From Octopus sinensis (Eukaryota), in the NCBI RefSeq assembly GCF_006345805.1, contig NC_042997.1:51212001-51276000 (forward strand): DNA of 64,000 nucleotides, read 5' to 3'. A program made the translations under genes and the position numbers. Below, in pieces: positions 1 to 13,728 of this stretch; positions within the stretch are counted from its first letter, which is position 1; each line of letters begins with the position of its first letter. The notes beneath the pieces were generated by a model, which was not told the origin of the DNA, did not search any database, and worked only from the letters and a program-made list of their open reading frames with translations.

Positions 1-439
1 AATCACCCAAGGTAATTCCTTGGATATGATAAGTAAATAGAGTATATGATGATGATGATAACATGGACAAGGAGATATCACATCTTTATTTGATGATTAC
101 ACCACACAGGACTGGCAATCATTTCTGTTGTGCCAGTATATTTAGATACAGAAAAAGTGGTACAAAATACTGTATATGGTAGGAGGTGTGCTGCATGCGA
201 AAGAATAGACCCAACATTTTCTCTACATGTCATAATAGACGACTAAAAGAAGTTGAGGTAGGACTTGCACACCATCCTCTGGAAACCCTCACCAGTAATT
301 ACTACTCAATCAAACTCATCAAGTTCTCTCCTCCAGGAAAGTACCTTGACTGCTTATAAAACAAGTCATATGAAACAGTTTGAGAAAAGTCACCAGGATC
401 TCCATCTATCAAATTCACTCAGAGTCGGAACCTCAGTTA

Positions 440-960
440 ACTGATGGAGGCCTGTTTAGGTGAGGGCTTTGAATGTTCTCTCTTTGAGGGTTGGCTCCCA
501 TCTGCCCTTGATGTTTTTGGAACTCAGCCATTTACAAGTCACTGTGGCAGCCTTATTGGAGGTGTGTTGGCCAGGCAGGGGCAAAATCTCAACTGGTGGA
601 TACACCTATTACTGGTTTGAATGCTCTGATGGCTGGCATGTTGGAGGAGTAGCAGTTGATTCCAGTAGTATCAGATGTAACACCTGTTAATGCGTGTATT
701 TATGCAGCCTTTCCTTAGTTCCAGTGTATGATCCAACTACTGGACCAATCTGTTCTGAAAACCACAATAGCTTCAGTGCTGGTGACTGACATGCCAGTCA
801 GCTATGATCTGCCATCTGTAGACAAGGTTTGAAAATGGTAAATCAGCTGAAAAGTAGGAAGGCAGCTGGTGTTTGCAGCATCTATGTGGAGAATATCAAG
901 AATTATCTTTCTTGTTTGTAGCAGATTATCCACTTGTCTTGAAGCAGTAGCATTGTTCCA
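440..960 (+). mobile_element. Decayed RTE-type LINE (APE endonuclease and RT-proximal fragments)
   Basis: ORF 460..690 reads ELSHLQVTVAALLEVCWPGRGKISTGGYTYYW...GGVAV. A piece near 835-890 reads MVNQLKSRKAAGVCSIYVE. Confidence 0.65.
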
Positions 961-1652
961 TCTGACTTAAGAGGGGCATAATTATCCCTCTCAGGAAAAG
1001 AAAGACTCAATAGAATAATAAAACACATTATATTCATCCTAATCTTAATTACTGGAAACAACAAAAATGATAAAAGTAAATCAAATGTTGAGGCAATGAA
1101 ATTTGTTGTCCGAACTTTAAACCACTGTGTGATTATACTTTTTTGACAGTATTTGTTGAAGTCATGCTAGTATTAACCAAGTATTTTGCTTTTGGCTAAA
1201 ACTGAACTCACAGCAGAAAAAGAAAAAAAACAAACAAACAAACAAATGATGCTATTAAATAATCATCAGAAAAACAAATGATGTTTGAAGGAAGTCAGCC
1301 ATGGAACATTATACTGCCGGCAGACAAAAATAAATTGGCAGGATATGTGATAAATAAATAGCATCTACAGATAATTAACCAGTCAGAGTACTGGACTACT
1401 TTTGGGTGGAAACAAGAAACTAGAACATGATAAATAAATGAAGTACTCAGGCAATCAGCCAATCTGAATGCTAGGCCACATGCAGACAAAAAACAAGTGA
1501 AGTATTTGAGTAAAAAGCCAATCAGGACTTGAACTGGCATCTGAAAACCTACACATATATATATATATATAGATATAGTTCAAAGATGGGAATCTGAATT
1601 CTCCATACAGAATACGCTTAGTAGTGCTCATGAGGTTTACACTTGAGTGGGT

Positions 1653-2340
1653 AGAGAAATAAATGTAAGGACAAGCAAGTTAGGCAGGTTGATATACAAA
1701 GAATATTAAATACAAAAAATGTTTATATGTTTAAATACAAAAGGTCCGACTTAGAATAAAAATGATATCAAGAATTAAAGGGGTTGAAGTAGAGTTTTGC
1801 ACATCCAGCAGCTGTTTCTGGGAGCTCAGTGGTAAAAAATAATGGTTGTAAATTGATTCTATCGTCAGATGAAATGAGCCTTTGTCTTCAGGGAAGAAAT
1901 CTTACATTTGTGGTGTTAACAGAAAGGAGATTAAAGATGGGAAAATTTTTTAGTCTTCTTATTAATCCCTAACCCATGAAATTTATTTTCTCGCTATTCT
2001 CTATTTGAATACCTCCCTTATTTCCCACTCTAATACACTTGGCTCTCCAAAAAATCATTCCATCCTTAATCTCCTTTCTGTCAACACCTCCCCTGAAGAC
2101 GGAAGTTGTTCCATCTGTTGATGGAATCAATTTATAATCATTATTTTGGACCATTGAGCCCTAAGAGACAGCTGTTAGATTTGTAATACTCTTTTTCAAC
2201 CCTTTTAATTCTTGATATCATTTCTATTCTGAGTAAGTTGAATCGTTTGCATGTAAACATATATACAATTTTGTACTTAATGTATTTAATATTCTTCATA
2301 TATCAACCTGCCTAACTTGCTTGTCCTTATATTTGTTCCC
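1653..2340. repeat. Foldback element with imperfect inverted arms of about 300 bp (1653-1953 / 2047-2340)
   Basis: taaggacaagcaagttaggcaggttgatata pairs with tatcaacctgcctaacttgcttgtcctta; inner ends agaaaggagattaaagatgg pair with ccatccttaatctcctttct. Confidence 0.85.
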
Positions 2341-2637
2341 ATATATATGTGTATATATATATATGTGTGTGTGTAAATATATATGTATATAAATATATAT
2401 ATATGTAAATATATATATGTAAATATATATATTTAAATATATATATATATGTAAATATATATATTTAAATATATATATATATGTAAATATATATATATAT
2501 GTAAATATATATATATATGTAAATATATATATATATATGTATGTAAATATATATATATATGTATGTAAATATATATATATGTGTGTGTGTAAATATATAT
2601 ATATGTGTGTGTGTGTGTGTAAATATATATGTATGTG

Positions 2638-2682
<45 letters not shown>

Positions 2683-2697
2683 AAATATATATATATA
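2341..2697. repeat. Compound (TA)n/(TG)n/ATATGTAA microsatellite
   Basis: Read directly from sequence. Confidence 0.95.
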
Positions 2698-3020
2698 TCA
2701 TCATCATCATCATCATCGTTTAACGTCCGTTTTCCACGCTAGCACGGGTTGGACGGTTTGATCGGGGTCTGGGAAGTTAGGGGCTGCACCAGGCTCCAGT
2801 CTGATCTGGCAGTGTTTCTACAGCTGGATGCCCTTCCTAACGCCAACCACTCCGCGAGTGTAGTGGGTGCTTTTTACATGCCACCGGCACAGGTGCCAGG
2901 GGAGTCTGGCATTGACCACGATTGGTTGGTGCTTTTAACGTGCCACCGGCACGGAAGCCAGTCAAGGTGGCGCTGGCATCGGCCACGTTTGGATGGTGCT
3001 TTTTATGTGCCACCGGCACA
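2698..3020 (-). mobile_element. (CAT)n-tailed short retroposon or LINE 3' end, an abundant family in this window
   Basis: (CAT)n then cgtttaacgtccgttttcca...ctggatgcccttcctaacgccaaccac, with internal GTGCTTTT..TGCCACCGGCAC units. Homologous copies at 21.6, 22.0, 24.9, 25.6, 28.3, 31.7, 41.0, 47.1 and 48.0 kb. Confidence 0.85.
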
Positions 3021-3259
3021 GAAGCCACTTGTGTTCAAAAGTTTTGAATTCAAATCTTTCACCTAATCTTAGTCATAATTTAATGTTCCTAACACTAGCT
3101 TAATGATAACTGAGTTATTTTACTAAATTCTTTGTTATATTTAAGGCAATTGAAAGAAACACAGAGCATCACAAAATAAATACAGTATATATATATTACT
3201 TTTTAACATCTATTTCCCATGTGGGTTGATATATATTTTGTTTTTTCCATGTTTTGTAG

Positions 3260-3399
3260 GTTGTGATTCGGCCCACTGCAAGCAGTAGCCGGCAACCAGA
3301 ATGGTTTCAAATGCAAACCATCAAAAAAAATTGCCCCGATGATTTACGTATTAAAATAGCTGTTCGAATGGATAAGCCACAAAATATGAAACATTGCGG
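3260..3399 (+). CDS. CADPS: CAPS exon (C2 domain end): [47 protein letters not shown]
   Basis: Acceptor ttttgtag at 3258-3259 and donor GTAATT at 3400; 140 nt, phase 0 to 2. Confidence 0.95.
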
Positions 3400-5464
3400 G
3401 TAATTACTTTACATTGAAAATTTTTAAATATGTATTATTTCTCATTAATCATTATATTCATTATTATTTTTAGGTACTTATTTCTTTTAGTAACAAATTA
3501 TTTGCTTTTGTTTCATTAAAATTTTGATTTTATAACCGCCAATGTTGATTACATTTTAATGTAAATATTTATTATGAGCTAACAACTAACATCTGAAATA
3601 AAAATTTTCTGAAGCATTCTATGATGGCATACAATAATTTGAGATTGAAGAAACACTGAGCCCACTAATTAGAATTGAAGTACATGTCTCTCACTTACAA
3701 ACGCACTTGTATATTATACATATTTTTTCTTATTTTATCAGCATTCAAATAAGCTGATAATGTTTAATGCACTTCCAATATATGGTGTTTCAAGCACTAT
3801 ATTTAAGCCCTGAAGCATGTTTTTTTTAAAATATTTTTTTTTATATTTGTATTATATTATGCAAATGTGTCTACATATGTTTCTACTCTTATAGTTACCA
3901 TATTTGCTGGCATATAAGGTGCACTCTTGTGTAAGATGTACCCTTATTTTACAAGTTTATTTTGTGGGGAAAATATTTAATGTTTTATAATACACTTATT
4001 GAAAGATATTTTGAAGTGATCTTGTAGGGAGAGATATATGATTCTGTGCATGTTAACATGATGCTGTCACAGTATACTGGAATATAGTATGAAAGTATAA
4101 ATTTATAAATAAACTACTGGATGTACTGTATCTTAGCTTGATCTTCCTGATCAGTGGTTAGAGTTGTTTATATTTTAGTTGAGAGAGTTGCTATTCAGAT
4201 AGTAAAAGGTGTATTTTTGGCTATGGTGTTTTGTGTAACTGTAATCAGCCATCAGTGTGGTGCATAACTACTATGGTTTTGTTGACATCCACTTTCTGCA
4301 AATAGCTTACAGGCAGATGAAAGTTTAAAATTCTTTTCATCTTTCTAGGAAAATTTTCATTTAGACAATTAAAACTGTTTCTTAAACATTACATTGTCAT
4401 TAAATGATATATGACACATATGAAGTGTAGGTTATGTATGCTGAGGAAGGAGGAATAATGAGATGATGTGACCATAAGTAATTATTATTTGGAACATTTT
4501 GTGGTAATTTTTACACATTTTGAAACAATTAATTAAAGGAAAGAAAACAAAAATCTCTTTATTGCAATTTAAAACAATTGCCAACTAGTATTTCCCACCT
4601 GTAAACAATTTCAACAGTTTTAGCATGAATATATAGATTAAAGATGTTTATTTTACTGTCATATAAGCTGTGAATCATTCACATATGACCATCTCATGCT
4701 GAACAATGCATCACGTTTACTTACATTTTATGCAAACAATTTCAGAATGACTGTTTTGAGTAACATTTGTTTTATTTTTTAGCTTTTTAGATTGTCATTG
4801 AGACTGTAATAAGAGTAACAGAATGGGGATAATACAGTTAATTTTCTGCGCTGTTTGTTACACTTTTTGTCCCAATGATGTTTTAATCTATTTTCTTCTA
4901 GCTTCTATAAATATTTTGACTTATAGTCCTAAAGTAGTCTTCAAAAATTGACTATATGGGATGCAAAATAAAACATCAAAGACTGAATGGGGATTATTGA
5001 ATCATTAGCTAAAAGGTGTAACCATGTGAAGGTTATGTTCAAAGTATTTTTATTAATGTTCTCAATTGATATTTGCTGTGGTGCAGCAGTTACTCCACAA
5101 CAATTTTTTTATTTATCCACTACATTTTGAGTGCTCTTTCCTCTAATCCTTTTGCATGTGCATTATTTCTAAATATATGCATATTATTTCTAATGCAGGA
5201 CTTCAAAGCTTTTATCTATTCTGTCACAATCTTACAGAGATATGTATGTGAAATTTAGAGATTTTAAAACTAATCTTAACAATGACAATTATAATTTTTT
5301 AAACTCTGCACTGATATTTTAACTCTGCTCTCATATACTATATTTTATACTTAACATGACACCAAACATAGGTAAAGTCAAGATTTAAACCTAGAGCAGA
5401 AAATAAAATTAAATACTGTGATACATCTAGTGTAACTCACTATCATTTCTGAACCAATATATAG

Positions 5465-5600
5465 TCTTCTCTTCAAATTCCTCTGAAGTCAGCTTTGCTT
5501 TTCATCCTTTTGGGGTCGATAAATTAAGTACCAGTTGTGTACTGGGGTCTATCTAATCAACTGGCCCCCTGCCCCCAAATTTCAGGCCTTGTGCTACAGC
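5465..5600 (+). mobile_element. tRNA-derived SINE, partial
   Basis: Reverse-complement homologue of 13540-13728, sharing the core ttcatcctttggggtcgataaattaagtaccagt...tactggggtc. Confidence 0.75.
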
Positions 5601-6562
5601 CAAACTGGGTTGTTGCTGTTAAAACAGGAAAATTCTCATTTCTTAATTAGGGCCTCACATTTTGACACTAGATTGTATACATATCAACATTTCCAAGATG
5701 AATTATTACTTGAGGAATATATATCAACCAGATCAGTTCTGTCATTTGTATTTCTAATCTATTCTGCATGTCTCTCAATGTATCATCCTTTGTGTGTTTT
5801 TGCATAAATGACTATATTTACACATTCTTTGCTAAATTTTCACTGTAACACATGGTTTAGGTATATTCACTACACTAAATTTTTAATTAAGGCATCCTAA
5901 TCTACTAACAGTGTTGCTTTTAATTTACCAATGATGAGATATATTTCATTTACCTTGTTTCAGAACTCTGGTGTGATTTTAAAAGAGCAGAAAATTTTAA
6001 TATATATTGATTTAAGAGTGGTGGGCTGGTATAAACAGTAGAGACTAAAGACTTTGTATTACATAGTTTTAAGTTCAAATCTCACTGGACAAACTTTGCT
6101 TTTCGCCCTTTAGGTTTGATGAAATTAGATTTAACTCTTTTGACACCAATCTGCCTGAGATCGACTCTGGTTCAATGATACAAACTTACTATTTCTAAAT
6201 TATAGCCTTCCACCAAAATATCAGGTTAATTTATGTTCAAAACACCAGATAAATAATGACAAAGTTATTTTACTAAATTCTTCATTATTTTTTAAATCAT
6301 TTGAAACTGTGTATTTCAACAGAAATATGCTTTATATAAAATTCTAATTTGTGTAACATTTTAACATTTCTGTAGTAAATATTAAAGAATCTTATTAATT
6401 CAATTATGTAATGCAAATATTTCTTTTACAAGTAAATTTTGTTTTCTCTTTTAACTTTGGTCTTAAAGATATTGATTAGAAATATCCCAAAACTGGAAGA
6501 TTACAATGTATAAATAATATAAAATATGTTTAAATTAGTATCATAGTGATGTTCAAAATTTG

Positions 6563-6565
<3 letters not shown>

Positions 6566-6627
<62 letters not shown>
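6566..6627. repeat. (TA)n microsatellite, about 31 units
   Basis: Read directly from sequence. Confidence 0.97.
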
Positions 6628-6631
<4 letters not shown>

Positions 6632-6822
6632 ACTACTATTTGGAATTTGTATAAATTATAATTTCAGATCTAGATATGCTTAATATGAGTCTTGTAATTG
6701 GAATGCTAAAGTATGACCAGATATACATTTCATTCACAAAAACCATTGATACACCAATATATTTCATAATTGTATTAATAAGTTCTACAATGTTAAATAT
6801 GAAAAAATACCAAAATATTAGT

Positions 6823-7340
6823 ATTAATACCAGAAGGCAATCTTTGTATCCTACTTAACTTGGATGTATGTTAGAAAATAGAATACTGCATTATTTACCT
6901 TGAGAGGAACTCAAGGTAAATATTTATATCAAGATAAATAATGCAGTATTCTGTGTTCTAACACAACTTCCAAGTTAAGATGGATATAAAGATTACCTTT
7001 TGGCATTAATACTGCTTCTGTTGCTATCATTTAGTTTTTAATAAGTCTGCTGGCTATTTGCAACGTCAGTGCCTCAATAGACACTGAAAGTCTATATATT
7101 GTTGACAGGGAAATTTGGCTATTATGTTGCTACCAGACGTCTGCCACTGAGGAGCCCAGGCAGGGCAAAATCATGTGATCTGACAATTCTCGTGACCATA
7201 GCAGATGGTTCTCATTTGTTATCAATATAAATATGAGTGCTTTTATGTACCATGATAAGAGGTCTTCTCAAGGTAAATAATGCAGTATTCTGTGTTCTAA
7301 CACAACATCTAAGTTACATTAGATATAAAGATTGCCTTTT
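6823..7340. repeat. Three copies of a 75-90 bp MITE-like arm: 6823-6904, then inverted copies at 6910-7010 and 7267-7340
   Basis: aaggcaatcttt...gaatactgcattatttaccttgag pairs with ctcaaggtaaataatgcagtattctgtgttctaacacaac...aaagattgcctt. Confidence 0.85.
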
Positions 7341-7393
7341 AAAAAATTGTTATAAATATATTATGCCTTTCAGTTTATTTTTTATAATTGTAG

Positions 7394-7460
7394 ATACCTG
7401 TTTGCTTTGGGGAAAAACGTTTGGAAAAAAAGCAAGAAAAGATATTTTGTTTTAGTTCAG
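7394..7460 (+). CDS. CADPS: CAPS exon (PH domain start): GYLFALGKNVWKKSKKRYFVLVQ
   Basis: Acceptor ttgtag at 7392-7393 and donor GTATGT at 7461; 67 nt, phase 2 to 0. Confidence 0.95.
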
Positions 7461-9704
7461 GTATGTTATTTTTTGTTATTACTTTTAACCACTTTTCATT
7501 TGACCATATCCCTCCCTTATAAATTCATGATTTTGTACCATTGTAAGAAATCATCCTCATCACTATTTAGTTTAGAGAGAGGTATGTCAGTATCCATAGT
7601 CCTTCCAAGCCTTCACAGACTTGTGAAGTTAATGCAATAGATCTTTTACAGGTTGATGACCATAGGGAAACACAGATTGGGAGTGAGTTCCAGAAAGTCG
7701 CACTTCTAGGAAGGAAGGAAAAATTAGGCAAAGTGTTTTGTATGGAGTTATTGAGTGAAATGCAGTAGGGAAATCTTAATAAGAATTTTGCTAATAAAAA
7801 CCTGATAATACCTGAAATTCATGGGATAAAAATGGCTAAATGTTGCAAAAAATGCTGCATGTGTGTCTCTTATTTATATATTTTTATCCCCTTTCAATAA
7901 GAAAACCACATCTACTCAGAGATTCGGTGCTAACTGAGATGAAATGATCCCTTTAAAGAAAAATTGCTTTTATTATTTTTGTGCAAGCTGTAAGAATTAT
8001 GATTCTCAGACAGTATAAAATTATGCTGAGGAGGATAGCAGCAAAAGAATGAGTTATGGTAACCTGTTATATAAATGAATTGCTTTTTACTGATATCATA
8101 TATTACCTGTTGCATTTAGCAACTCTGTTAATAAAGGCCTCTTATGTGATACTGCGCAAATAATTTTTCCCAGGGTTCATTTGATGTTTTTTTTTAGCCT
8201 TAAAACATCTCTGATCAACAGGCCTATGATCAAAGACATTTTAGCTGTAATCTTCCAACCATTTATTGCTATTCTTACAGTTTTAAATAATGTCAGCTGT
8301 GATTCAAGGAATTTTTGTCTGCTTTTTTCACGGCACCAGCACTAGTGAAGTTACTATGCAGCTGATAGGAGTAAAACCCCTTTAACTGAGTGTGGCTACA
8401 ATTGAGAAGCAGCATTATGCTAGGAGATGAGGAGCTAAAGTATGACAGAGGAAGTCAAGACAAGTTTTTTTCATGTAGAGGAGCTGCATGGCTGCTCTCA
8501 TTATAAAAGAAAAGGTAGAACTAACTGAGGTGAAGATGGAAATAGATGAAAATACTGGTAAGGAAGTTAGTAGAGACAGAGAATAGGAAGTGTATATGGA
8601 TAGGGATTGCAAGAGTTATAAGAAGAGTGAGAGATGGTTAGAGTTAGAGAATGGATGAGCAGATGAATATAATGAAGAATAAGTGTTGAGGAATAAGTAG
8701 AGAAGATTAAGTGACAATTGTAGAAATTAGTTAGGGTTGATGGATGGGTGTAATGACTTGTGGATAAGGAGTTGGAGGTGACTTATGATGCATATGATTT
8801 GGGGAGGTAGGGGAGAATAGGGGATGATTGACAGTTTGTAAAAAAAGGTGAAATGAAGAGCAGTAGTATCACAATAATGATAGTGTAGATAGGGAAAGGA
8901 AGAGAGAGAGAGAGAGAGAGGGGGAGCTGACCTGTGGTTGAGTGGTTGCATGAAGCAGTGTTGGATAAAAATATAATCATGTACGACCATAGTTAATACA
9001 TTTCATGTCATACAATCGAATGATTCAGATCATAAATCATAGTGGAATGTATTTTCGCACATTTTGTCTGTGAGGAGAATTTTTTCTGAGACCATTTCTG
9101 CAGCAAATGGTCTTTCAATGTTCAAATGTACACAAATTTGTTAAATATGGTTGCATATACTTATATTTTATTCAGTGCTGCTTAGTATACTTCTAATTAT
9201 TTAATTCTCACTTGACCAAGCTTTACTGTTCTTATAATTAAGAATTATCATTCTTGTTGGACTGTAAAAAACAATTCAGTATTCTTAGCTAATATATGGT
9301 AATATTCATAAATGTTTAAGTAATGTTACAGATTGTTTCCAGTTTGTTTTGTTGTTTACTATTGAACAGGGATAGTTGTGATATATCCACTAAACAGAAA
9401 TTTTGTCCTAAACCATACATCTCAGCCATGTTTTCAACTTTAAGCATTTCATTTCAATATTAAATTTTAGTTAATCTCATATATCTAGTCTAAAGATGAT
9501 AGTAGGACCTCTACATTTTTGTTGACACTAAAAGTCAGATAAATAAAAATTGCTTTCAAAATAACTTGACCAAATTCCAAAATTAGGCTTTTTACACTCT
9601 CTTTAAAGTTATTTCAAGCTTCAGTTAGTTTTCTTTTTTTCTTTTTTTCTTTTGAACTTCCAAAAAGTTGGACATTCTGTTAATAATTGTTAATTTCATT
9701 TTAG

Positions 9705-9813
9705 GTATCTCAATACACATTTGCCATGTGTAGTTACAGAGAAAAAAAACCTGAACCAACAGAAATGATGCAACTTGATGGATTTACGGTAGATTATACT
9801 GAGCCCCATCCTG
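9705..9813 (+). CDS. CADPS: CAPS exon (PH): [36 protein letters not shown]
   Basis: Acceptor cattttag and donor GTAAAT at 9814; 109 nt, phase 0 to 1. Confidence 0.96.
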
Positions 9814-10504
9814 GTAAATATTACTAATATTTAGAATCAAAATTATCTTATTTATTTATTTACTTAATATTTTTTGTACCTACTTAAATTGTATGGACCT
9901 GACTGGTGTCAGCAGTCTGTTTGATTCTGTATTTGCACCTCTTTAGTCTTTCCACTACTTTATATTTTGGTTTTTCTCCACTCTAGTTTTCAGCATATAA
10001 TAATTTACAGAATTTATTCAGTTTTCACTCACCTCTTTTTATTTGGCTATGCCACTGTATACTCTTTTGTGAACTGGGTTTATATTTGTTTTTGTCATTT
10101 GTCTTAATGTTGTACTTCAAGTAAGTCACTTGTAGCTAATTTTGATTCAAGACACTTCATCTTATATTTTCATATCATAGACGAGTCAAAATTTTCAAGA
10201 TGTTCTCTGCTGACTCTAATTATTCATTATACTCTCTAATCGCTATTCTCAACTCTTAAACAATAAAGATATCTCTTGATTCAGGGAATACACCATCAAC
10301 ATCCACACATCATTTATACAACTAGTTTTGCTAATGAAGTGTTAGCCTAAAGTGCAAGTCCTTCTTCAGACTACTTTGAATCCACAGGGTTCAGAGTAGA
10401 TACTTTTATACAATTGCTGCTTTCAATACTTACTTAATTTTGAGTAGCACTTAATCTCTTTCTACATACTAAATCAAGGTCACTATTTAGATTTTGCTAT
10501 ATTT

Positions 10505-10735
10505 CCTTTTTTTAAAACTCCAAACACATTTTCCAAGTTTCCAACTTCTTCTGCATTTCCTCTAGGGATTCATTGATGAGAACCAGGTCATTTGTATATA
10601 GAAGTTGCCATGGGAATTCTGATGAAAGGGCTTCAATATCTGGAAGAAAAGTTATGGGCTCAGAACCAAATTTTGGTGAATGTAGAATTCTTCTCAACAA
10701 GTTACTAACCCTGGCCTGGCTTTTTGAATTTTAAC
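10505..10735 (-). mobile_element. RTE-type RT fragment
   Basis: ORF 10512..10700 reads EFPWQLLYTNDLVLINESLEEMQKKLETWK, a decayed YADD motif. Confidence 0.8.
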
Positions 10736-11205
10736 ATATTGATTTTTAGTTCATTTGTCCAAAAATAACTGTACTATAAAAATTGTGCAGTTTTTCTATT
10801 GATAGTTTGGTATTTCTCTTGTTGGCTCAATAGCAACATAATGTTTTTAGTTTATTCATCAATTCTATGCTTTTAGCATGCTGTAAATGCTTTGAAATGA
10901 TCCTTTGTGTGATTAATACAACTAAATCTATTATCATCCCTTGTGACTAACTAACGCTCAAAGAAATCTAAATTATTGTTTAAAAAGGTACTGAAAATTG
11001 AAGACAATAATTCTGAGAAAAATATTTTAATAATTTTACTATGTATAAGCCAAAGAAAAATCTAATGAAAATGATGGCTAAAATCCTTGTTTTCCTAAAT
11101 TAAATTTCAATAAATACAAAATGATTTTTTCAAGACAGTGTAAAAAGGAAACTTAATGTCGTCAGTAATGTTGCTTGTAGACTGAAGTAGTCATCATAAT
11201 TTTAG

Positions 11206-11308
11206 TTGTTATTGATGTCAGTGATGCTGCTGTTACAGTCATTATCATCAACATATTCATTATTATTGCTTTCTTTTTCTTTAATCTTTTTCTATTTATC
11301 TCTCCTTT

Positions 11309-11346
<38 letters not shown>

Positions 11347-11391
11347 ATAATAATAATAATAATACTGCTACTACTACTAATACTGCTGCTG

Positions 11392-11437
<46 letters not shown>

Positions 11438-11458
11438 CACTGCTACTGCTGCTGCATT
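11206..11458. repeat. Compound trinucleotide repeat (CTA/TAA/CTG/CAC)
   Basis: Read directly from sequence; explains the poly-Leu and poly-Val ORFs. Confidence 0.92.
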
Positions 11459-13539
11459 ATAATTTCTGCCTTAGCAATGGTTTATGTTCACTGATAACAT
11501 TTGGCTATTTTTACAAAATAGCTTCCCTTTTTTGCTTCTTTTGTAAACTTAAATATCCTAAGTAATCCTACTTGTTGGAGGAGGGAAGGGGTATACTGCT
11601 TTTCTGATTTTAAATTACAACTAGAATTTCTTCCTATCTATCTATTTTGTAGCACTTCCATACTACCTTAATCTCTGCAAACAACACTTATCCTTTAATT
11701 TGTTAGCTCATTGGAACATTGCTATCCTTTAGAATTAAATACTTGATATTTTTAGGAAATAGCAGTTGTATCATTTCTCTATAATCATATAAATTTCATT
11801 TTAATTTTTTATATTTGCTGCCAAATATTGAGGTTTTTTTTTTTTTTTGCTCTTTACAAGAAATATATTTTTAAATTGTTCTCTATCTTTCATAATTTTA
11901 GTTATTATGTTGCCTTTCACTCTCACTTCACTGAGTTAAATTGTAAGTTTTATTTGTGATATTGATGCACTTAGTGAAATGGATAATGCAAATATATAAG
12001 AAATATTAATTGCTGTAGATTGAGGAAGAGAATAGATATCATTATGTAGAAATTCAGCAATACTAAGCAATATCATCAGCGCAATTAATAGCATATACCC
12101 AATAATTTGATGTATGATGTGTAGATCAAATGTACAACCTCAAAAGGTAAGCAGATAAATAAAAATGAAGGCTAGTAATAAATGTCATTGATGTTTATAA
12201 TCTGTAACAATATTTCATGGGCAGTACAAGAAAATTTCAAAGATGAACTTAAAATTATTGATAATAATGAAGTTTATGATGTTAAAAGATTTTCAACAGA
12301 GCAGAACTTACATATATAAAACAATTGCTTTCCTTAATAATTTTATGGTACTCAGATGTTTCTTTTCTAATCTGCTGTATTACTCATTTGAATTGTTGAA
12401 AATAGCTACTCACTGAAGGTGAAAGCTGTTCAACTTGTTTGTCCACTTGTGTATTGATCCTTTCAGTACAAGTTAGCTATATTGAATTAAAAAGTGATAA
12501 ATATTAGCTGAATGATTAAGTATTAGGTTTTGTCACTGGTTGACAGTTACTGTCTAAAGAAGATGATGTATGAAATTTATTTAATTGAAAAACAAATCAG
12601 ACAGATTGATTAACTATATTCTCTGTCAACAGCAAGAGAATGTTAACTGTTACTAGACCATTTTATGTAATAAATTATGAAAAGAAAATATAATCATCAG
12701 TTATCAAACTTCAATGGATTTCTCTTTTTTTTTTCTCATTTTAACAAGATTATTATAACAAGCATCCATAAATGTTTGCATCTTTGAAAAAAAGCATTAT
12801 TATACTAGATACAAACAACAAGGATCTAATTCTCATAAGAACGCATTCAACACAATTTCTCAGTTCATTATTGATTCACTAGCATGGGGAAGAGACAAAA
12901 ATCAAAACTCATTCTACTTTATTGTAAGGATCTGACTTAGATTGTATAATGTATAAAGTATCTTAAAATAATATAACATATGAATTGTCTTTAAAAAATT
13001 TACTCCTGAGTGAATAATCTATAAGAAATACATAACATAAAAATTGAAAATTTATTACTCCCTTAATTTATGGAAGGACTGACACATATGAAAATGGATG
13101 ATATCCAAAGATTAGAAATATAAACACCAGGAATTTATGGATAAAAGATGAATTATAAAAAAGTAAAGAATAGTGTGATGAAAATTAGTAAGCATGCATA
13201 CCATAAAATTGATCTTTCCATCATAAAGAGCTGCAAGAAGAAAAAAAATTCAAAGATGTAATAAAGTGCTATAACCTGCTTAATAAATCCACCACACCTT
13301 TCAATCCAGTATAACTTGGTGCTTTTGTGGAATAATTTTAAGTACCATTGAAATTGAGACTCGGGCTTTCTGAGACTTTGTTGCATTGATTAAAAGCCAT
13401 GAACCATAAATTTGGGGGATTCTAATCTTATTCTAAAGAAATATGAATGAAATGAGAGAAAATACTGCAATCCTGATTTGATTTATAGAAAAGAGATTAT
13501 GTAGCACTCTGTACTATTTAAGTATTCTTTTCTACTCCA

Positions 13540-13728
13540 GGCACAAGGCTTGAAATTTTGGGGGATGGGGGTCAGTCGATTAGATCAACCCCAGTATGCA
13601 ACTGGTACTTAATTTATCAACCTTGAAAAGATGAAAGGCAAAGTCAACCTCAGTGGAATTTGAACTCAGAACATAAAGACAGACGAAGTACCACTAAGCA
13701 TTTTGCCCGGCATGCTAACATTTCTGCC
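13540..13728 (-). mobile_element. tRNA-derived SINE, near full length
   Basis: Minus strand has an A-box-like GGCAGAAATGTTAGC and a B-box GAGTTCAAATTCC, followed by the shared core. Confidence 0.8.

Noticed and set aside
11162-11565. Poly-Val and poly-Leu ORFs resembling membrane proteins
   Set aside because: They come from the trinucleotide repeat tract.
13540-13728. tRNA gene
   Set aside because: Has A/B-box-like motifs but no cloverleaf, and it continues into a multicopy SINE body.
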